In this document: piece by piece, positions 11,208 through 24,372 of the stretch
Position numbering within the stretch: position 1 is the first letter of the stretch
Layout: every line of letters starts with the position of its first letter
From: Balanoglossus misakiensis
Taxonomy: Eukaryota > Animalia > Hemichordata
Assembly (NCBI GenBank): GCA_040954595.2
Contig: CM082595.2
Coordinates: 9,661,918 to 9,725,917 of the forward strand
Length of the DNA: 64,000 nucleotides
Direction: 5' to 3'
Position numbers and translations under genes: made by a program
Notes under the pieces: model-generated
Databases searched by the model: none
What the model was told of the DNA's origin: nothing
What the model saw: only the letters and a program-made list of their open reading frames with translations

Positions 11208-14200
11208 TAGGGGCACAAGCCTATCGGGCTTGTGCCCCTATTGGTATTGTTGGAATATTTCTTCTTTATTATTACGGGCCCAAGCCAAGCCAGGCTTGGG
11301 CCCGTATTGGTTTCGTTGGAATTTTTACGGGCCCAAGCCAAGCCAGGCTTGGGCCCGTATTGGTTTCGTTGGAATTTTTAGGGCCCAAGCGCAAGCCAGC
11401 GCTTGGGCCCTATTGGTTTCGTTGGGGTTTTTCTTTCTTCTTTCTTTCTTTATTCTTGTGTCAATTCTTTGTCGCTCTAGATCTCAGACACCACTGCAGG
11501 TACACTTCTGAAACTTGCTACAGTGGTCAAGGTCAATGAGTAGTCGTGCATTGAACTCTTGAATGTTTAATTAGTCACGTGACATGGCGGCCATATTGGA
11601 TTTTCTGAAAAAATGCAAATCTCAGATCTCAGAAACTACAAGTCAGATTTACTTCAGATTTGGTGTGCTGGTAGTGTACCTTCTGCCCATCATTTTTGTA
11701 ATTGGATATTTTGCTGTCAATGTTGCAGTTTTTTTGCTACAGTTGTTTTTCTGAAATCTGGCTTAAATTTCAAAAATCTTCTTCTCCAGAACCGGCGATA
11801 ACCGAGTCACGCGGTTTGGGGTATGTGGTCACCAAGCTGAGGTCTATCAAGTTTGCGAAGATCATTGTGATTGGTCGAAGATTATGGCGGCCATATTGGA
11901 TTTTAAAAAAACCCTAGTAAAATTTCAAAAATCTTCTTCTCAAGAACCGGCGATAACTGAGTCACAAGATTTGGTGTGTTTGGTCATTAAACAGATGTCT
12001 ATCAAGTTTGCGAAGAGGAATGTGATTGGTCGAAGATTATGGCGGCCATACTGGATTTTGTGAAAAACGATTAAAAAGTAAAAATTCCCTTTCTAGCCTA
12101 AAAATTGATAGCACAAAAATTCTTTTTACGGATATGAATCATCATATGCCAAGAATAAGCTATAAATATTTTGGTAATTTTGGCAATGACCTTTGACCTA
12201 CTTTTGACACATCGTTTTTTCTGCATATCTAATTCCAGGCTAACCTATAGGGCTATCATTTTGGTTTTTGATGTATGTGGATTTGTATGTGATCAAAAAA
12301 TTTCGCTACTTTTCATGACCCCTTTGACCTCTGCTGACCTCATTAAATATGCACATACCTAATTACAGATGAACCAATAGACCTAGAGGTTTGGTTTTTG
12401 TTGGACATGGACCAGTATTGGGTCAAAATTTGTTGCCCAAATGTTGGGTGACCTCGGGTGACCTTTGACCTACTTTTGCATATCTCGACATCCACAGCAG
12501 ATACAGCCTTGGCGTTTGGAGGTATGGGGCCATAATGAAAAGCCAAAGTTTTGGGTCATCTGTGACACCTGCTTAACTCATTATTTATGTGCATACCTAA
12601 TTCCAGGCTAACCAAAAGGGCTAGAGGTCTGGTTTTTGTTGGACATGGACCACTATTGGTCAAAATTTTCTGCCCAAATTTTGGGTGACCTCAGATGACC
12701 TTTGACCTACTTTTGCATATCTCGGCATCCAAAGCAGGTACAGCCTTGGCATTTGGAGATATGGGGCCATAATGAAAAGCCAAAGTTTTGGGTCACCAGT
12801 GACACCTGCTTAACTCATCATTTATGTGCATACCTAATTCCGGGCTAACCAAAAGGGCTAGAGGTCTGTTTTTGTTGGACATGGACCACTATGGGTAAAA
12901 TTTTCTGCCCAAATTGTGGGTGACCTCTGGGAGACCTTTGACCTACGTAACACTATATCAGCACCAAACATACATATAACCTTGATATTTCATGGGATAA
13001 AACACAGCATTATGTTTCTACTCATTAATTATGTGCATATCTAATAATCAGATCAGATAATAGAGCTTGGGCCCGGACAATGCTGCTTGCAGCTTTAATT
13101 ACGGGCCCAAGCCAAGCCAGGCTTGGGCCCGTATTGGTTTCGTTGGAATTTTTCTTTCTTTCTTTCTTTATTCTTGTGTCAATTCTTTGACCCACGAGAT
13201 CTCAGACACCGCTGCAGGTACACTTCTGAAACTTGCTACAGTGGTCAAGGTCAATGAGTAGTTGTGCATTGAACCCTTGAATTTTTAATTAGTCACATGA
13301 CCTGGTGGCCATCTTGGATTTTCTGAAAAAATGCAAATCAAAGATCTCAGAAACTACAAGTCAGATCGACTTCAAATTTGGCATGCTGGTAGACTACCTT
13401 CTGGCAATCATTTTTGTTATTGGAAATTATACTGACAAAGTTGCAATTTTTTGCTACAATTTTTTTTCTGAAATCTGGCTTAAATTTCAAAAATCTTCTT
13501 CTCCAGAACCGGTGATAACCGAGTCATGCGGTTTGGGGTATGTGGTCACCTAACTGATGTCTATCAAGTTTGCGAAGATCATTGTGATTGGTTGAAGATT
13601 ATGGCGGCCATATTGGATTTTCGAAAAACCATAGTAAAATTTCAAAAATCTTCTTCTCAAGAACCGGCGATAACTGAGTCACAAGATTTGGTGTGTGTGG
13701 TCATTAAACAGATGTCTATCAAGTTTGCGAAGCGGAATGTGATTGGTCGAAGATTATGGCGGCCATATTGGATTTTGTGAAAAATGATTAAAAAGTAAAA
13801 ATTCCCTTTCTAGCCTAAAAATTGATAGCACAGAAATTCTTTTTACGGATATGAATCATCATATGCCAAGAATAAGCTATAAATATTTTGGTAATTTTGG
13901 CAATGACCTTTGACCTACTTTTGACACATGATTTTTCTGCATATCTAATTCCAGGCTAACCAATAGGGCTATAAGTTTGGTTTTTGATGTATGTGGATTT
14001 CTATGTGATCCAAAAATTTTGCTATTTTTCATGACCCCATTGACCTCTGGTGACCTCATTAAATATGCACATACCTAATTACAGATGAACCAATAGACCT
14101 ATAAGTTTTGTTTTTGTTATACATGGACCAGTACGGGGTCAAAATATTTTGCCCAAATGTTGGGTGACCTCGGGTGACCTTTGACCTACTTTTGCATATC

Positions 14201-17200
14201 TTGACATCCACAGCAGATACAGCCTTGGCGTTTGGAGGTATGGGGCCATAATGAAAAGCCAAAGGTTTGGGTCACCTGTGACACCTGCTTAACTCATTAA
14301 TTATGTGCATACCTAATTCTAGGCTAGCCAAAAGGGCTAGAGGTCTGTTTTTTGTTGGACATGGACCACTATGGGTCAAAATTTTCTGCCCAAATTTTGG
14401 ATGACCTCAGATGACCTTTGACGTACTTTTGCATATCTCGGCATCCAAAGCAGGTACAGCCTTGGCATTTGGAGGTATGGGGCCATAATGAAAAGCCAAA
14501 GTTTTGGGTCACCTGTGACACCTGCTTTACGCATTATTTATGTGCATACCTAATTCCAGGCTAACAAAAAGGGCTAGAGGTCTGGTTTTTGTTGGACATG
14601 GACCACTATGGGTCAAAATTTTCTGCCCAAATGTTGGGTGACCTCTGGGTGACCTTTGACCTACTAAACACTTTAACAGCACCAAACATACATATAACCT
14701 TGATATTTCATGGGATAAAACAGCATTATGTTTCTACTCATTAATTATGTGCATATCTAATATCAGATCAGATAATAGAGCTTGGGCCCGGACAATGCTG
14801 CTTGCAGCTTTAATACTTTCTTTCTTTCTTTCTTTATTCTTGTGTCAATTCTTTGACCCACGAGATCTCAGACACCGCTGCAGGTACACTTCTGAAACTT
14901 GCTACAGTGGTCAAGGTCAATGAGTAGTCGTGCATTGAACCCTTGAATTTTTAATTAGTCACGTGACCTGGCGGCCATCTTGGATTTTCTGAAAAAATGC
15001 AAATCTCAGATCTCAGAAACTACAAGTCAGATCGACTTCAAATTTGGCATGCTGGTAGACTACCTTCTGCCCATCATTTTTGTAATTGGAAATTATGCTG
15101 ACAAAGTTGCAGTTTTTTGCTACAATTTTTTTTCTGAAATCTGGCTTAAATTTCAAAAATCTTCTTCTCCAGAACCGGTGATAACCGAGACACAGGGTTT
15201 GGTGTATGTGGTCACCTAACTGATGTCTATCAAGTTTGCGAAGATCATTGTGATTGGTCGAAGATTATGGCGGCCATATTGGATTTTCGAAAAACCCTAG
15301 TAAAATTTCAAAAATCTTCTTCTCAAGAACCGGCGATAACCGAGTCACAAGATTTGGTGTGTGTGGTCATTAAAAAGATGTCTATCAAGTTTGCTAAGAA
15401 GAATGTGATTGGTCGAAGATTATGGCGGCCATATTGGATTTTGTGAAAAACCATTAAAAAGTAAAAATTCCCTTTCTGGCCTAAAAATTGATAGCACATA
15501 AATTCTTTTTAAGGATATGAATCATCATATGACAAGAATAAGCTATAAATATTTTGGTAATTTTGACAATGACCTTTGACCTACTTTTGACGCATCCTTT
15601 TTCTGCATATCTAATTCCAGGCTAACCAATAGGGCTATAAGTTTGGTTTTTGATGTATGTGGATTTGTATGTGATCAAAAAATTTTGATACTTTTCATGA
15701 CCACTTTGACCTCTGCTGACCTCATTAAATATGCACATACCTAATTACAGATGAACCAATAGACCTAGAGATTTTGTTTTTGTTATACATGGACCACTAT
15801 GGGGTCAAAATATTTTGCCCAAATGTTGGGTGACCTCGGGTGACCTTTGACCTACTTTTCCATATCTTGACATCCACAGCAGATACAGCCTTGGCGTTTG
15901 GAGGTATGGGGCCATAATGAAAAGCCAAAGTTTTTGGTCACCTGTGACACCTGCTTAACTCATTATTTATGTGCATACCTAATTACGGGCTAACCAAAAG
16001 GGCTAGAGATCTGGTTTTTGTTGAACATGGACCACTATGGGTCAAAATTTTCTGCCCAAATTGTGGGTGACCTCTGGGTGACCTTTGACCTACTTAACAC
16101 TATATCAACACCAAACATAGATATAAACTTGATATTTCATGGGATAAAACACAGCATTATGTTTCTACTCATTAATTATGTGCATATCTAATAATCAGAT
16201 CAGATAATAGAGCTTGGGCCCGGACAATGCTGCTTGCAGCTTTAATTCTTTCTTTATTCTTATGTCAATCTTTGCTCTCCTAGATCTCTGAAACGGCTAC
16301 AGGTACACTTCTCAAACTTGCTACAGTGGTCAAGGTCAATGAGTAGATGTGCAGTGGCTTGTGAATATATAATTAGTCACGTGACCTGGCGGCCATATTG
16401 GATTTTCTGAAAATCTTTAAATGGCTTCTTCTCAAAAACCACAGGGCCAATCAAGTTCAAATTTGGTGTATGGTACACATGTCCTCTGCCCTTCAAAGTT
16501 TGACAATAAAATCCTGAGCGGTCACGTGACTTTGGCCGCCATATTGGATTTTCGAAAAAGTACAGTAAAATCTTCAAAAATCTTCTTCTCCAGAACCGGC
16601 AATAACCGAGTCATGGGATTTAGGGTATGACATCACCTAACTGATGTCTATCAAGTTTGCGAAGAGCGTTGTGATTGGTCGAAGATTATGGCGGCCATAT
16701 TGGATTTTGTAAAAACCAGCGAAAATTAAGAAATCATATTTCTAGTCTAAAAATAGATAGCATACACATTCTTTTTATGGATATGAGTCGTGATATGACT
16801 AGAATATGTTGCAAATATTTTGGAAATTTTCACATGACCTTTGACCTACTTTTTTAAGAACCTGCATATATGCATATATAGCTCATACTACGTGTTCTAA
16901 ATGTACCAGAGTTCTGATTTTTGTGCACATTGGTATCATCCCTGCCAGGACCTACCCCAAATATTTTGGTAATTTTGGCAATGACCTTTGACCTACTTTT
17001 GACACATCGTTTTTTTCTGCATATCTAATTCCAGGCTAACCTATAGGGCTATGATTTTGGTTTTTGATGTATGTGGATTTGTATGTGATCAAAAAATTTC
17101 GCTACTTATCATGACCCCTTTGACCTCTGCTGACCTCATTAAATATGCGCATACCTAATTACAGATGAACCAATAGACCTAGATGTTTGGTTTCTGTTGG

Positions 17201-20200
17201 ACATGAACCAGTATTGGGTCAAATTTTTTTGCCCAAATGTTGGGTGACCTCGGATGACCTTTGACCTACTTTTGCATATCTCGACATCCACAGCAGATAC
17301 AGCCTTGGCGTTTGGAGGTATGGGGCCATAATGAAAAGCCAAAGTTTTGGGTCACCTGTGACACCTGCTTAACTCATTATTTATGTGCATACCTAATTTC
17401 GGGCTAACCAAAAGGGCTAGAGATCTGGATTTTGTTGGACATGGACCACTATGGGTCAAAATTTTCTGCCCAAATTGTGGGTGACCTCTGGGTGACCTTT
17501 GACCTACTTAACACTATATCAACACCAAACATAGATATAACCTTGATATTTCATGGGATAAAACACAGCATTATGTTCCTACTCATTAATTATGTGCATA
17601 TCTAATAATCAGATCAGATAATAGAGCTTGGGCCCGGACAATGCTGCTTGCAGCTTTAATTAGGGCCCAAGCGCGCGCAAGCGCTTGGGCCCTATTGGTT
17701 TCGTTGGAATTTTTTAGGGCCCAAGCGCAAGCAAGCGCTTGGGCCCTATTGGTTTCGTTGGAATTTTTCTTTCTTTCTTTCTTTCTTTATTCTCCTGTCA
17801 ATTCTTCGGCCAACTAAATCTCAGAAACTACTGCAGGTACACTGCTCAAACTTGCTACAGTGGTCAAGGTCAATGAGTAGATGTGCAGTGCGTTGTAAAT
17901 ACTTAATTAGTCACGTGACCTGGCGGCCATATTGGATTTTCTGAAAAAATGCAAATCTCAGATCTCAGAAACTACAAGTCAGATCGACTTCAAATTTGGC
18001 ATGCAGGTAGACTACCTTCTACCCATCATTTTTGTAATTGGAAATTTTGCTGTCAATGTTGCAGTTTTTTTGCTACAATTTTTTTTCTGAAATCTGGCTT
18101 AAATTTCAAAAATCTTCTTCTCCAGAACCGGTGATAACCGAGACATGCGGTTTAGGGTATGTGGTCACCTAACTGATGTCTATCAAGTTTGCGAAGATCA
18201 TTGTGATTGGTCGAAGATTATGGCGGCCATATTGGATTTTCGAAAAACCATAGTTAAACTCCAAAAATCTTCTTCTCCAGAACGGGCGTTGACTGAGTCG
18301 CAAGATTCAGGGAGTATGGTCACTACACTGATGTCTATCAATTTTGCAAAGAGCATTGTGATTGGTCGAAGATTATGGCGGCCATATTGGATTTTGTAAA
18401 AAGCAGTGAAAAATTGAAATTCCTTTTTCTAGTCTAAAAATTGATAGCATACAAATTCTTTTTATGGATATCAATCGTCATGTGACTAAAATATGTTACA
18501 ATTTTTTGGCGATTTTTCACATGACCTTTGACCTACTTATCACGCGTTATTATTTCTGCATATCTAATTCCAGGCTAACCTATAGGGCTAGAGGTTTGGT
18601 TTTTGATGAATGTGGATTAGTGTGTGATCAAAATATTTTGCTACTTTTCATGACCCCTTTGACCTCTGCTGACCTCATTAATTATGTGCATAGCTAATTA
18701 CAGGCGAACCAATAGAGCTAGAGGTTTGGTTTTTGTTGGACAAGGACCAGAATGGGATCAAAATTTTTTGCCCAAATGTTGCGTGACCTCTGGTGACCTT
18801 TGACCTACTTTCGCATATCTCAGCATCCAGAGCAGATACAGCCATGGCATTTGGTAGGATGGGACCAAAATGTAAAGCCACATTTTTGGGTCACCTGTGA
18901 CACCTGCTGACCTCATTAAATATGCACATACCTAATTACACGCGAACCAATAGAGCTAGAGTTTTGGTTTTTGTTGGACATGGCCCAGCATGGGTCAAAA
19001 TTTTTTGCCCAAATGTTGGGTGACCTCAGGTGACCTTTGACCTACTTCACCCTATTTCAGCAGCAAAAATACACACATCCTTGTTATGTCATGAGATAAT
19101 ACATCCGATAGATAATTCTGTTTCTTCTCATTCATACTGTGCATATATAATTCAAGATCAGCGCTTGGGCCCGACAATGCTGCTCGCAGCTTTAATCTTT
19201 CTTTCTTTCTTTATTCTTGTGTCAATTCTTCGGCCAACGAGATCTCTTAAACTACTGCAGGTACACTTCTCAAACTTGCTACAGTGGTCAAGGTCAATGA
19301 GTAGATGTGCAGTGACTTGTGAATACTTAATTAGTCACGTGACCTGGCGGCCATATTGGATTTTCTGAAAAAATGCAAATCTCAGATCTCAGAAACTACA
19401 AGTCAGATCGACTTCAAATTTGGCATGCAGGTAGACTACCTTGTACCCATCATTTTTGTAATTGGAAATTTTGCTGTCAATGTTGCAGTTTTTTTGCTAC
19501 AGTTGTTTTTCTGAAATCTGGTCAAAATTTCAAAAATCTTCTTCTCCAGAACCGGTGATAACCGAGTCACGCAGTTTGGGGTATGTGGTCACCTAATTGA
19601 TGTCTATCAAGTTTGCGAAGATCATTGTGATTGGTCGAAGATTATGGCGGCCATATTGGATTTTCGAAAAACCATAGTAAAACTTCAAAAATCTTCTTCT
19701 CCAGAACGGGCGATGACTGAGTCGCAAGGTTCGGGGAGTATGGTCACTACACTGATGTCTATCAAGTTTGCAAAGAGCATTGTGATTGGTCGAAGATTAT
19801 GGCGGCCATATTGGATTTTGTAAAAAGCAGTGAAAAATTGAAATTCCTTTTTCTACTATAAAAATTGATAGCATACGAATTCTTTTTATGGATATCAATC
19901 GTCATATGACTACAATATGTTACAAATTTTTGGCGATTTTTCACATGACCTTTGACCTACTTTTCACACATTATTATTTCTGCATATCTAATTCCAGGCT
20001 AACCTATAGGGCTAGACGTTTCGTTTTCAATGAATGTGGATTAGTGTGTGATCAAAATATTTTGCTACTTTTCATGACCCCTTTGACCTCTGCTGACCTC
20101 ATTAATTATGTGCATAGCTAATTACAGGCGAACCAATAGAGCTAGAGGTTTGGTTTTTGTTGGACATGGACCAGAATGGGATCAAAATTTTTTGCCCAAA

Positions 20201-21830
20201 TGTTGCGTGACCTCTGGTGACCTTTGACCTACTTTCGCATATCTCAGCATCCAGAGCAGATACAGCCATGGCATTTGGTAGGATGGGACCAAAATGTAAA
20301 GCCACATTTTTGGGTCACCTGTGACACCTGCTGACCTCATTAAATATGCACATACCTAATTACACGCAAACCAATAGAGCTAGAGTTTCGGTTTTTGTTG
20401 GACATGGACCAGTATGGGTAAAAAAAAATTACCCAAATGTTGGGTGACCTCAGGTGACCTTTGACCTACTTCACCCTATTTCAGCAGCAAAAATACACAC
20501 ATCCTTGTTATGTCATGAGATAATACATCCGATAGAAAATTCTGTTTCTTCTCATTCACACTGTGCATATATAATTCAAGATCAGCGCTTGGGCCCGACA
20601 ATGCTGCTTGCAGCTTTAATTATTATTATTCTTCTTCTTCTGAGATTTTCGGCCAGGTAGATCTGGAAAACCGCAGCACCTAGGGTGCTGAAACTTGGTA
20701 GGGTGATAGGGGCCAATGAGTAGACGTGCAGTGGCTCGTGAATATTTAATTAGTCACGTGACCTGGCGGCCATATTGGATTTCCTGAAAATCGTTAAACG
20801 AGTCCTTCTCAAAAACTGCTGGGCCGATCGAGTTCAAATTTGGTGTGCAGGTAGCCTACCTTCTGTCCATCATTTTACCCCATTGAAATCATGACGTCAC
20901 ACATAAAGTTTTTTTGCTACAATTGTTTTTCTGAAAAACTACTTAAAACTTTAAAAATCTTCTTCTCCAGAACCAGCGATTGCCGAGTCACGGGATTCGG
21001 GGAATGTGGTCACCTAACCTATGTCTATCAAGTTTGCGAAGCGCACTGTGATTGGTCGATCATTATGGCGGCCATGTTGGATTTTCGGAAAACCATTGAA
21101 AAGTGATAATTCCGTTTTGTAGCCAAAATGTTGACAGCATCGAAATTCTTTTTTTGGATATGAGTCATCATATGACCGGAAGTTGTCACAATTTTTCGGG
21201 GCAATTTTCACATGACCTTTGACCCAGTTTTAAAACAACTAATTATATATGCATATTCCCCATACCTCCTCTTGTCAAAGCACCACAGTCATGAATTTTG
21301 TGGACATGGGTACCAATGCTGCCAGGATATGACACAAATATTTTGGTAATTTTGGCAATGACCCTTGACCTATTTCTGAAACATTATTTTTCTGCATATC
21401 TAATTCCAGGCTAACCAATCGGGCTAGAGGTCTGGTTTAAGTTGGACATGGCCCACCCTGGGGTCAAAATTTTATGCCCAAATTTTGGTGACCTTGGATG
21501 ACCTTTGATCTACTTTCCCATATCTCAGCATCCACAGCGGTTAGAGTCCTGCCTTTTTGGGGGGCCGATGGAGCACATATGGAGTCTTACACTAGACCTC
21601 ATTAATTATGCGCATACCTAATTCTAGGCGAACCAATAGAGCTAGGGGTCTGGTTTTTGTTGGACCTAGACTAGTATGAGGTCCGATTTTTTTGCCCAAA
21701 TTTTGGGTGACCTCGGGTGACCTTTGACCTACTTTCCCATATCTTGGTATCCACAGCAGATACAGCCTTGGCATTTGCTGGTTACCATGGGAACCGCTTG
21801 TGCCCCGCCAACGCTGCTTGCAGCTTTAAT
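11208..21830 (+). mobile_element. Nested stack of seven Helentron-associated non-autonomous elements (HINE/DINE-1-like)
   Basis: Each element has a 5' palindromic subTIR (GGGCCCAAGC..GCTTGGGCCC), a (TTTC)n tract, a 1.2-1.7 kb body with internal tandem subrepeats, a 3' subTIR GCTTGGGCCC and a stem-loop GCTGC-tt-GCAGC followed by TTTAAT. Insertion is at T|T with no TSD (empty site in mirror arm about 27515-27545). Heads at 11208, 11273, 11326, 11379, 13100, 17661, 17715; tails end at 13099, 14814, 16246, 17660, 19196, 20620, 21830. Confidence 0.85.
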
Positions 21831-21998
21831 TCTTCTTATACTTCTTTTTAGTCTAAACATTCATATAGAGAAGGCAACATGTTCTTGAAGCTGCTGACTA
21901 TGGAAATATGATGAAGTACATTTTCCTAGTTGTACATGTACAGTATGATAGGCCCAATGTACCAATTGGAGATGTGTGCCTTACAGGCAACATACATG

Positions 21999-22815
21999 TA
22001 GCTCTGCATGGGCTGGTTAATCAATGTTGACGCAAAGGTTGACCCTACCAAACACTCAAAATTAATGGGCACGACACTGGCCACTAGCTCTGCATGGCCT
22101 GGTTAATCAATGTTGACGCAAAGGTTGACCCCACCAAACACTCAAAATTGATGGGCACGACACTGGCCACTAGCTCTGCATGGCCTGGTTAATCAATGTT
22201 GACGCAAAGGTTGACCCCACCAAACACTCAAAATTGATGGGCACGACACTGGCCACTAGCTCTGCATGGCCTGGTTAATCAATGTTGACGCAAAGGTTGA
22301 CCCCACCAAACACTCAAAATTGATGGGCACGACACTGGCCACTAGCTCTGCATGGCCTGGTTAATCAATGTTGACGCAAAGGTTGACCCCACCAAACACT
22401 CAAAATTGATGGGCACGACACTGGCCACTAGCTCTGCATGGCCTGGTTAATCAATGTTGACGCAAAGGTTGACCCCACCAAACACTCAAAATTGATGGGC
22501 ACGACACTGGCCACTAGCTCTGCATGGCCTGGTTAATCAATGTTGACGCAAAGGTTGATCCCACCAAACACTCAAAATTGATGGGCACGACACTGGCCAC
22601 TAGCTCTGCATGGCCTGGTTAATCAATGTTGACGCAAAGGTTGACCCCACCAAACACTCAAAATTAATGGGCACGACACTGGCCACTAGCTCTGCATGGC
22701 CTGGTTAATCAATGTTGACGCAAAGGTTGACCCCACCAAACACTCAAAATTGATGGGTACGACACTGGCCACTAGCTCTGCATGGCCTGGCTAATCAAGG
22801 TTGACGCAAAGGTTG
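21999..22815 (+). repeat. 86-bp minisatellite, about 9.5 near-identical copies
   Basis: tagctctgcatgg anchor at 21999, 22085, 22171 ... 22773; no unique spacers. Confidence 0.95.
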
Positions 22816-22915
22816 TTGAGAGCAGTTGTTTTTTGCTAAACATTAGTGAAAATATGAAATTATTGACATGTAGGATTTCAATTTTATGATGTAAGAGTAT
22901 TTTATAATATCTCAC

Positions 22916-23087
22916 CGGGACTTCAGTTGTCGCTGTAGTATTTAACCCAAGTTTAACTGTGCCACCCACGTCCATGCATGGCAAGGTTTTCTCTCCCAAA
23001 AGTTTCAGTTTGGTATCCCAGTTACCATCAGTTGCACTTACTCCACGCCTTCTAAGTTGAATGCGATTTACCATCACAGGATTCATA
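22916..23087 (-). pseudogene. Inverted, decayed paralog of the OB-fold exon
   Basis: Same cag|TATGAAT acceptor and |gtgaga donor; peptide ATDGNWDTKLKLLGEKTLPCMDVGGTVKLG-LNTTATTEV; 172 bp, so the frame is broken. Confidence 0.65.
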
Positions 23088-24149
23088 CTGTGGTGCAAAG
23101 ACAATTAAAAACATCGATTGTAAGTCATTTAGTAGTGATACCATTGTGACCAAACCTCGTTTTAAAATACATGTAATCTGTACTCGAAACTATCATTTTT
23201 TTCTTTCTAGAATATTAGAACGCGCTCAAAAATAAAAATGCGACCTGTAAGCGAGTGCCGCGTTTCAATTGGTACTGACGATAAACACCGCCACTCGGAG
23301 ATAAAATCAACGTTTTTTTTTTAATGCAAGTGAACGCATGGAGGCGGCCATACTGAATTTAGGTTACATACCAAGACATTCCGACTGGGCTTCAGGTGGA
23401 TTCGGGAAAGGTCTCTAAAACATAATCGGTCATCCAATTTTGTATACTAAATTTCTAAAAATGTAGGACATGGGAGGTTAACATACCCACAATGACAGCC
23501 AAGGCGTGGCAGTGAAATTGTGCCTCATTGAGGATACAGTCTAGATCCGGAATTCAGCCAACGGCAAACTGTTTAGCGTGCCTTGTATGCAGCAGGATGG
23601 CAACGTTCTGGAACTTAAATTCTGGAAAGAAAATCCGAAATAGCTGAACAGATAACAGAAGAGAGAATACATACAGCTCCGCAACTTTTCCACTGGAAGA
23701 TATAATACCATTTGCCTCTATGATAGAGCAAAGGTATGTTATAATCGCACCCCGAAACTTATGGGCCTGACTTTTTTTTGCCGTAGTCATTTTGGGTATC
23801 TTAACCTCCCATCTTCTACATTTTTAGAAATTTACTCTACAAAATTGAATGACCCATTACATTTTAGAGACCTTTCCCGAATTCAACCGAAGCCCAATGG
23901 GAAGGTCTTCAGATGTAATCCAATATGGCAGCCTCCATGCGATCACGTACATTGAAAATCCATTTATATGATACAACCATGCCTTGTCAACTCACCTCGG
24001 GTCAAAATTACTGCCATCGATTCATCATTTTGCAGTTCAAATTTTAAAAAGCAACTGACAAAAAACAACCACTCTTGCACTATTTCTCCACAACATTTAC
24101 TACTCGTAATTATTAACATTCAATGTTTTCCATTTTATTTCCACTACAG

Positions 24150-24356
24150 TATGAATCAGTGACACATACATCGAATTCTACAAAGAGACGTAAACTGACC
24201 ATAACTGATGGCACAAGAGATGCTGAAGTCAACCTTTGGGGTGAGAAAACAGCGCTGCCACTGGATGTAGGTGCCACAGTTAAACTAGGCCCATTGGTTA
24301 TCAACAGATATAAAACATCGTCCACATTAAATACAACAGCGACAACTGAAGTGGAG
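24150..24356 (+). CDS. Isolated phase 0-0 exon encoding an RPA/SSB-like OB-fold segment
   Basis: Acceptor ttttatttccactacag| and donor GAG|gtgaga; 69 codons including RRKLTITDGTRDAEVNLWGE and LNTTATTEVE, resembling the D-x-T/S-G...V-x-L-W-G motif of RPA-type OB folds. Confidence 0.6.
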
Positions 24357-24372
24357 GTGAGACATAAAATAC

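Noticed and set aside
11430-21800. Repeated short ORFs (MQISDLRNYK.., MAFHYGPIPP..) as a gene family
   Set aside because: They recur only because the non-coding element bodies recur; frames and stops are not conserved.
11208-21830. Simple head-to-tail tandem satellite
   Set aside because: Heads are stacked without bodies, four bodies lack adjacent heads, and the first head matches only the last tail; this fits nesting.
21999-22815. CRISPR-like regular array
   Set aside because: Whole 86-bp units are near-identical with no variable spacers, no cas genes, and the context is eukaryotic.
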